Below are positions 54,928-64,000 of a DNA stretch of 64,000 nucleotides, piece by piece; positions within the stretch are counted from its first letter, which is position 1; each line of letters opens with the position of its first letter. A program made the position numbers and the translations under genes. The stretch lies in contig OZ037773.1 in the NCBI GenBank assembly GCA_964035545.1, forward strand, positions 4,369,751 to 4,433,750. The letters run 5' to 3'. The stretch is from Bugula neritina. Its lineage: Eukaryota > Animalia > Bryozoa. A model generated the notes under the pieces. That model had not been told where the DNA came from, did not search any database, and saw only the letters and a list, made by a program, of their open reading frames with translations.

Positions 54928-55539
54928 ACGTGCGTGAATACTATAATATACATTTGAGCACACTTTCTTGTTCTCATAAAAATTCTAATTTGTTTAAAAA
55001 TAATTACAGTTCAGGTGTGGTTATTACCCTATAGGTCCTTTTTCATGAACAGAAAAACAAGTTAAACCTATAAAATGATGCTCCTCTATAGTATAATGAT
55101 TTAAATTGCTGAAAGATTATTGAGATGCTGAAGCATAAAGCAACTTTAACTTTCAATTTATTATAGCTTTTCTAAAGTTATAGCTCGATCACAGATCTAC
55201 TGATATGTAACAGGAGATATAATAAAGATGCAGGATATAATAAAGATGCAGACTACAAACTGTTCATATTCTCTGGACATGCAATACAAGACCTGATTAT
55301 GGGACAAACACAGGATGCATAAACAAAACCTACTTTCCTACTAAAGCCATAATTTATTAACCAATTATTATGCTTTGTAGCTAAAGTTAGATTAAATTAC
55401 AAGTTGATTTGTCACTTGAAACCAACTGTTCCTATTGGCTGGATGATTTAAACAATGCAAACATTATATTGTATGCCAGACATTTATCAATATTATAATA
55501 TTACGAATTCCTATGAGAAGACTCATTATCATTAGAGAT

Positions 55540-56890
55540 TGCCAAGATTTTTCAAACATTGAATACTGCTAATAAAAAATTCATTATATTGTAATTGAAT
55601 AGTCAACTCTGGGCATACATACACTTTCATATACTTCAATATCAGAATACAATAGCCGGATGAAAAACTTGATACCATCACTCAGGGAATATATTATATC
55701 TTGGAAATAATTTAAAAACTATTGTTTAGATGTAATTTATGCAAAATATCAGCAGCTTGAAACTGCTGCTGCAAAAATTGCAACTGTAAATAAAATATAT
55801 GTTTTCATATATTTAATTGGTAAAAAAACTTATATGTGTCTAAATAAATTACCATGCTGCTTGTTTTATTATTGACAGCAGATACAGGCCAATGTAGCCT
55901 ATAATTAGAAATATTTTACTGACTTTGTAGGCGCGGCTTCTTTAGCAAATTATCTCATATAATTTGCTTATTCAGCCTTCTCCTTGTTGCTGAATGCCCA
56001 ATTGTTTTTAATTTTTGATTTGCGGCTTTTATATACTTATACAGTTGCCTAGGCGTCTTTTCACCAGATAATAATTATCTAAACTCATGATACAGAGCTC
56101 AAAGTTGCTGTCGCTGTAAAAACACCCGATGATTTAAGGGTTTTTAAGAAGGCTATAAGAGACAGCGCCCTTTACCAAACCTGACAACATGGCCTTGAGG
56201 CTTCTTTTAAGCCACAGGAGTAAATTGCAACATTTCTACGTGACTGAGATTGATCTGTGTCACACTAAGCATTCTCCCTAAACACACGGCTCCGGCTGCT
56301 TTCACTTCAAAACTTTGTGCTCTTCAACTACCTATATATAATAACCAACTTGTAAATTCTCTTTTGGGACAGTGTAGTACCACATACCCTTCAGTCTTCA
56401 TGTTTCATGTTGCATTTTGTTGTCAAGTTAACAAGACTAAAATTTCACAGTCAAGCAAAATAGATTGTTTATCATAATTTGCAAATAGAAATGCCTGCAT
56501 TCACGAAAGTTCAGATTAATTTGCATATTTTTATTACTTGTTTACAATGCAGAAGAAAAAAACATTATTTATTAAAGAGAGCACTATAATATTACAAACA
56601 TAGAATAACTTTGATTTATTGTATGCTAGCCAAGAGTGAAACATTTGCAATGTGGGTTATCATAACTAACAGCTGATTTTGCAAAATTTCAAATTTATAT
56701 TGTACTTGGTGCGTCTAAACTGTTCAAACATAATGTTGAAAGTTTGTTGCACAGAAACAAAACTTCTGAAACAAACTGATTGCAATTTTTGTTGCAATAT
56801 ACTATATATTTTCATTTAACATATGTATATATTATGTTATGTTCCGCAGTAGTTGTTTGATAGTAGATCATAGAAGCTAATAACTTTTTA
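55540..56890 (+). repeat. Segmental direct repeat, copy 1
   Basis: Aligns colinearly with ~62515-64000. Confidence 0.88.
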
Positions 56891-58647
56891 TGTTTACATA
56901 TACTATCAAATTTATTTACATTTTGTTCTTGCCAACTACAATTAATTGCATCAAGCATACAATTTATATTTCAATATTTTTGTCAATTGCATAGATATTT
57001 ATAAGATATTATAAGCATCTCCAAAGTTTTGCATGATGAGAAATCATGTGAGATTATTGGAAATGGATTGTGTTAAGATTCAATTGTTTTTTATGCATGG
57101 TAATATGCTGTAGACAGCAATAGAGGAAATGGTAGCATAGCATGATCACTTGACAGATTCAGAAACAATCTTGTGTAAACCAATCTGAATATCAGAGTTG
57201 CATCATGCTTAGGGAACTGATCAAAAAATTTAGAACAAATTGTCACTCAACTGAAACACCTGGATGTTGTTTCTTTAACACCTGTAATCAAAAGGTGTTA
57301 TAGATTTCTTGTCTGTCAAATTCCTATCATAATATTACTTAATGCTTACTTACTTTATTAACCATAAATATGTGTGCATATAATAATACATACTTTCATT
57401 TATTCTATGAGTCAGCAATAATGGTTAAATGGTTGCTTTATGTGACTTTTAGAGTTTAAGTTCTTTTTTAAACATAATCATTCTGACAAAAAGTTATGTT
57501 AGGCTTGGCCAAATAATTTGAAACAATTATTTAAACCTATAAAGTCGATTACCAATTTATTTGATACAAATGCAGTCAATTTTTATGCATTTATAAGCCA
57601 GCAATATTATAGTTAAATTGGAAGCATTATGTAAATTTTAACTTTATGACTTTTTTTAAACAGAATTACTGTCAACATGCAGCCACATTGTTTATACGAG
57701 TAGAATTGTTTATTGTTGACACTAATCTAGTTATATATCATTTGGGTGTACATCTGTATTTAATTGTTCAAAAGAGGTTATATTATTATAGTATGTTTTA
57801 TTATATTGCATATCACATTATAACATAGCACAATGAGTTACATTGCATTATAATTATCATTGGTTTATTACAATATTACAAACTCATGGTTACTAAGGCA
57901 AATTATAATATATTGCTTATTAGCACTTTTAGGATTAAATTATTTTTATGCCATGAGAATTTTGTCATTCATTTTGCAGTTTACACAATATTCTGAGTAG
58001 TATATATAATAGTTGTTTTTAAAGCACCTGCTAGTGTGGCAACATTTGGCAGTGAGTTATGAAAAGACCTGCACCTCCATGCCATTGAGCAGTTTGAAAT
58101 TTTTTCAGCCAATCACAAGCTCAATTTATACTTTTCATTATAACAGCTTTGTTTGTTTCAACAATGTATTTCATTGGTTTACTAAGAATGTATCGTAATG
58201 GCTTTCCCAATTTTAGTGAGCTTGTTATAATTTATTTTTAGTATTTCAGCGAATGACATTCCTTTACCAGACTACAATTTGCGTCACAGTAAAACAAGAT
58301 AATTTGTCAAGAGTTGGATCAATCTCAAGACTTGTTTCATATACATAGGCAACAATGCTAATTCTTTATATGTTGTAATGACCAGTAGTTTCTTCACTGG
58401 TATTGGCTTCCAAATAATTGTAGCTCTAATGTTTTTTGGTGATATGTTTTAGTCAAATTTAGTGAAAATAAATTCTAGCTCAAAGGAAGACAAAATAAAA
58501 TAGATATTTATTAATATAGTTAGTTCAAAAAAATAACATACTCATAGGTGGCTTGCATAATGTAATGTATAGTAGATTTCTGAGCAGCTAAACAGCAAAA
58601 TGATGCAGTGCATGATAAGATATAGTGTAATTAAAAATATCTTTTAT

Positions 58648-59811
<1,164 letters not shown>

Positions 59812-60089
59812 TCTGTATGTACAGCAGCTGTTTTAAAACTTGTCCCCTTGTCAGCACATAATAATGTGCAATGGCCACACCTTAAGAATATAAAAAACTT
59901 ATGTTTCATGGTTTTAGCAAATTAATTAATCAAATGTACAAATATTTGCAAAACCTTTACATACGCAAATAGTATTATTAATTATTTAGCACCAGTATGT
60001 TTCCTTCGACAATAAGAATAATATAGTCTGATCACAAACCTTAAAATCAATAACAGAAAATATTTTCTATAAATAAAATATTTCGTAAA

Positions 60090-60255
60090 CAAATTACTCA
60101 CTATTGCTTGCAGATATGGATATTTATTAGCCAATCATCTCAAAGCTATGAGATGTTTCAAGTTTGAATATTTCGCTTGAAATAGTATATAAAGGCTTTG
60201 AGATGCATTCTTACTACAATATTGTTTACTATCTCACTTTTGTAAAGTATTACAG
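60090..60255 (+). promoter_or_regulatory. Promoter and non-coding first exon of the plus-strand defensin gene
   Basis: TTAGCCAATCA at ~60127, TATATAAAGG at ~60188, donor TACAG|GTACGT at 60255 and acceptor tttatag| at 61267. Confidence 0.7.
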
Positions 60256-61280
60256 GTACGTTTAATTATTATAAACATATATTTATTATCAAAAATCTTT
60301 TACATGTATATAGAATTACAAATTTTGACAAAAGTTTAAATAATTAAATATTGCCTAATACAATATAATACATTTGCTAAATTCTTTATTTAAGGTAAAA
60401 AGCAATTATATGACTGTTTACTCTTTTTATCAAAACATGAAAACTTTAAATAACAAACTAATTGAAAGAAACTTTTTCAAGTGGAAAAGAAAATACTCAT
60501 AAAATTACTAGCTTTTTTGATAAAATAAAAAAGTTCGCATAAAACAAGTTTGTTTTAAAGTTTTAAAGAGCAAATGTTTGGAAAAATGTTTCAGAAAAAC
60601 TTTAGCTAACAGTTAGGGTAATATGAATTTATAGCATAGTTTATAAGTTGAAACACCATTGCGGTGTTTAACTTTTTCTTATTCATATTATGTATATGCT
60701 ACCAGATATTACAGAACTCAAAAATCTTTGCAATTTAAAATAGTTTAAAAACCCAACAACCCTTAATCAAAATTTAGGTTTGTTTTGTGGCAACTTTTCA
60801 AATCAAATATCAAACATTTTATAAAAAAATGCATAACAAATATAACAGTGAGCATGCATTCTATTTACCTTAGCATTTTTATTACTGTCAATTTATCAAT
60901 ATTCTTTTTGCTAATTGTGCTATTGAAATTTTGATAATTTTGCAAAGGATTGAATACAATATATTAGGTTGAACCTTATACACACTAAAAACTGCAAAAG
61001 GTAAAATTTTTAAGTTTCCATAACATGCATTGACACTTAGATACATACCTTAATAAAAATAACCTAATATTCCATGTTATCAACCTGCATATACCAATAA
61101 GTATTTTACCATTTCACCTACAAAATGATAAGTCTTATAAATTATCAGTATATTGGTTGTTTTACAAGCAGTTGCAAGTGAATGCTGCTGTCCTGTTATT
61201 ACAAGTTCTTTTTAAGTATCTTGAATAATGCCCTTTCTATTTGCATAATTATTTTATTTGTTTATAGAACCAACATCAAT

Positions 61281-61749
61281 ATGAAGGTCATTGCTGTGTT
61301 TGTGATTGCCATGCTAGTCATCATGGCATTGGGTAAGTAAAATGTTGATTGGGTGTTGTGTGAGCGAAAAACACAAGTTTTATATAAATATTAAAATATA
61401 ATTACAATATTATTATAACTCAAATGTCTTCAAAGTTGAAGTCTTATTCCTTCCTTTATAAATTATTTGTTTACATATTTTAATTCATTCATATTTATTG
61501 CACTGATGCGGTTGCATATAAATTAGCCTTATACAGAAAGTACAATATAATATAATATTATAAAAGCAGTGTTCAAATATTGGAGTTACCTTACCATGTT
61601 ATTAATTTTCAACAGCTTCAGTAGCGGAGGCTAGCTATGGTTGCCCCAAATATCCAAGTAAATGCAAGAAGTACTGTAAAGGAAAAGGATATTCTTCATA
61701 TAAGTGTTCTGGTTCCTCTTGTAAATGCCTCAAATATCATGGGAAGTAA
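61281..61749 (+). CDS. CS-alpha-beta defensin-like peptide precursor, 61 aa
   Basis: Exons 61281-61332 and 61616-61749. Translation: MKVIAVFVIAMLVIMALASVAEA-SYGCPKYPSKCKKYCKGKGYSSYKCSGSSCKCLKYHGK*. Same Cys spacing and exon sizes (52+134 nt) as the minus-strand gene. AATAAA at 61923. Confidence 0.92.
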
Positions 61750-62514
61750 AGTCAACTTTCTCAGCTGGTAACCTTTGACCTGGACACGACCTTCATAGAT
61801 TTTCATCCTCCTAATCCTGTCTTAAAGCTCTGTAATTTAACTAAGTTTGAATTTCTGAAATTGATATGTTTTAATGATTCTGAATATATCGTATACATGA
61901 TTATATGTAACTACTAAGTCGGAATAAAACAAATGCTTTTGAGATAGCAAAATATTTTATTTTAATTAAGCATGCAGAAGTTTTATACAACCTAAAGTAA
62001 TTATGTTTCTCATTATCATTTTTGCTCTGAAATATTTACACATTACCAATTTGTGATTTCTGTATACATGCTTTAACTAAAATACATTGAAATTATACAA
62101 ACTAGAATAATGGGGAGATAAATCTGTCTTCCATCAAGTGGTGTATACTAGATAAATTAGCTAAATGATAATAGCTTAAAGTCGTCTTTCTCTAGCATAA
62201 CCTAATCCTAGTTTAAAATATGCAGTGCAAATTTTTATGTAAGCTTAATGAATAAAAGACAATTCTAAAGTAATGCACCAGTTATTTTGATTAACTTGCT
62301 ATAGTGATTGATGTAACTGTCACTTCTCATGATTTAACTAAGAGTGGTATAATGTTCACAACTATTGTATTATCTAGCATGATAGAATGTGCTTAATATG
62401 TCAATTAATGAAGGTTTGTTCAGATCGTTTTTAGTTATTTTTTTGAAGCCATTATTACAATTACTCACTGGACACTCCATTATTGATGCTAGTAGACTCA
62501 TTATGATCAGAGGG

Positions 62515-64000
62515 TGCCAAAATTTCTTAATCATTGAATACTGGTAATAAAATATCTTTTATATTGTAATTAATGCACCTTTAAAGTTGAATATCACAAT
62601 ACGATAGCCAGATGACAAACTCGGGAATATGTAATGTCTTGTAAATTATTTAAACAATATTTTTTAGAAATAACTTATGCAAATTTCCAGCCGCTTGAAA
62701 CTGCTGCTGTAAAAATTGCAACTGTAAATAAAATATAAGTTTCTGTTTTTGGTAATTGGTAAACAAAATTATATGTCTAAATAAACTACCATGTTGCTTG
62801 TTTTATTATTGGCAGCAGACATAGGCCAACATAGTCTATAATTGAAAGTATTTTGTTGGCTGTCTAAGTTTCTGTTTTTGGTAATTGGTAAACAAAATTA
62901 TATGTCTAAATAAACTACCATGTTGCTTGTTTTATTATTGGCAGCAGACATAGGCCAACATAGTCTATAATTGAAAGTATTTTGTTGGCTGTCTAGGCGT
63001 AGCTTTTTCAGCAAATTATCTCATCAAATAATTTGCTTATTCAGCCTTCTCCTTGTTGCTAAATACTCAATTGTTTTTTTATTTTTTGATTTGCTGCTTC
63101 TATTTACTTATACAGTTGCTTAATTAGGCGTCTTTTCACCAGATAATAAATCCATCATTTTGGATTTTCCTAACTCAGACAGAGCTCAAAGTAGCGGTCG
63201 ATGTAAAAACACCTGATGGTTTAAGGGTTTTCAATTTAAGGCTATAGGGACTGTGTCTTTTACCAAACCTGACAACATGGCCTTGAAGCTTCTTTTAAGC
63301 CACATGGGTAAGTTGTGACGTTTCTATGTGACTGAGATTGATCTGTGTCACACTAAGCATTCTCTCTAAACACAAGGCTCCGGCTACTTTCACTTCAAAA
63401 CTTTGTGCTGTTCAACTATCTATACATAATAGCCAACTTGTCAATTCCCTTTTGGCACAGTGTGTAGCACCGCATACCTTTCAGTACTTATGTTTCATGT
63501 TGCATTTTGTTGTCAAGTTAACAAGACTAAAATTCCGCAATCATCAAAGTATAATATTGTTTATCATAATTTACAAATAGAAATTATCTGCGTTCTGATA
63601 AGTTCAGACTAATTTGCACATTTTTATTACTTGTTTACAATGCAGAAGAAAAAATCATTATTCTTTAAAGAGAACACTATACAAACATAGAATAACTTTG
63701 ATTTATTGTATGCAAGCTAAGAGTGAAACATTTTCAATGTGGGTTATCATAACTAACAGCTGATTTTGCAAAATTTCAAATTTATATTGCACTTGGTGCG
63801 TCTAAACTGTTCAAACATAATGTTGAAAAATTGGCAAGCGCTCGAAAATCTTTTTGGACAGAAACAAAACTTATGAAACAAAACTGATTGCAATTTTTGT
63901 TGCAATATTATATATTTTCATTTAACATATGTATATATATTATATTATATTATGTTCCAGTAGTTGTTTGATAGTAGATCATAGAAGCTAATAATTTCTT
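62515..64000 (+). repeat. Segmental direct repeat, copy 2 (runs off the window); contains an internal 129-bp tandem duplication at 62736-62995
   Basis: Colinear with 55540-56890. Confidence 0.88.

Overview
AT-rich, intron-containing animal (metazoan) genomic DNA. An 8-Cys insulin-like peptide and GCP-type CS-alpha-beta defensins suggest a lophotrochozoan invertebrate, but this is inference. From left to right I can assemble: (1) the last four coding exons of an L1/neuroglian-type adhesion molecule tail (GSFIGQY motif); (2) a 3-exon divergent insulin-like peptide gene not resolved by the ORF track; (3) one replication-dependent histone quartet (H2B<- ->H2A, H4<- ->H3) with stem-loops and no H1; (4) an 8-exon GPR137 gene on the minus strand; (5) LRRC73 with a GC-AG intron and a phase-consistent chain of 19 further exons encoding a ~950-aa disordered, partly RS-rich extension; (6) a 4-exon secreted Pro/Arg-rich peptide gene; (7) a 2-exon secreted chitin-binding (CBM14-like) gene; (8) a defensin-like locus absent from the ORF track. 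In that locus a minus-strand gene has ONE signal-peptide exon followed by TWO tandem, intact, divergent mature-peptide terminal exons. An inverted paralogue lies on the plus strand, and mirror-image ~530-bp (TG)n/(CA)n tracts lie between the two genes. There are also tRNA-derived SINEs, a hAT-like MITE and many micro/minisatellites. All gene models were built by hand from splice consensus and reading-frame continuity; none has been checked against transcripts or databases.
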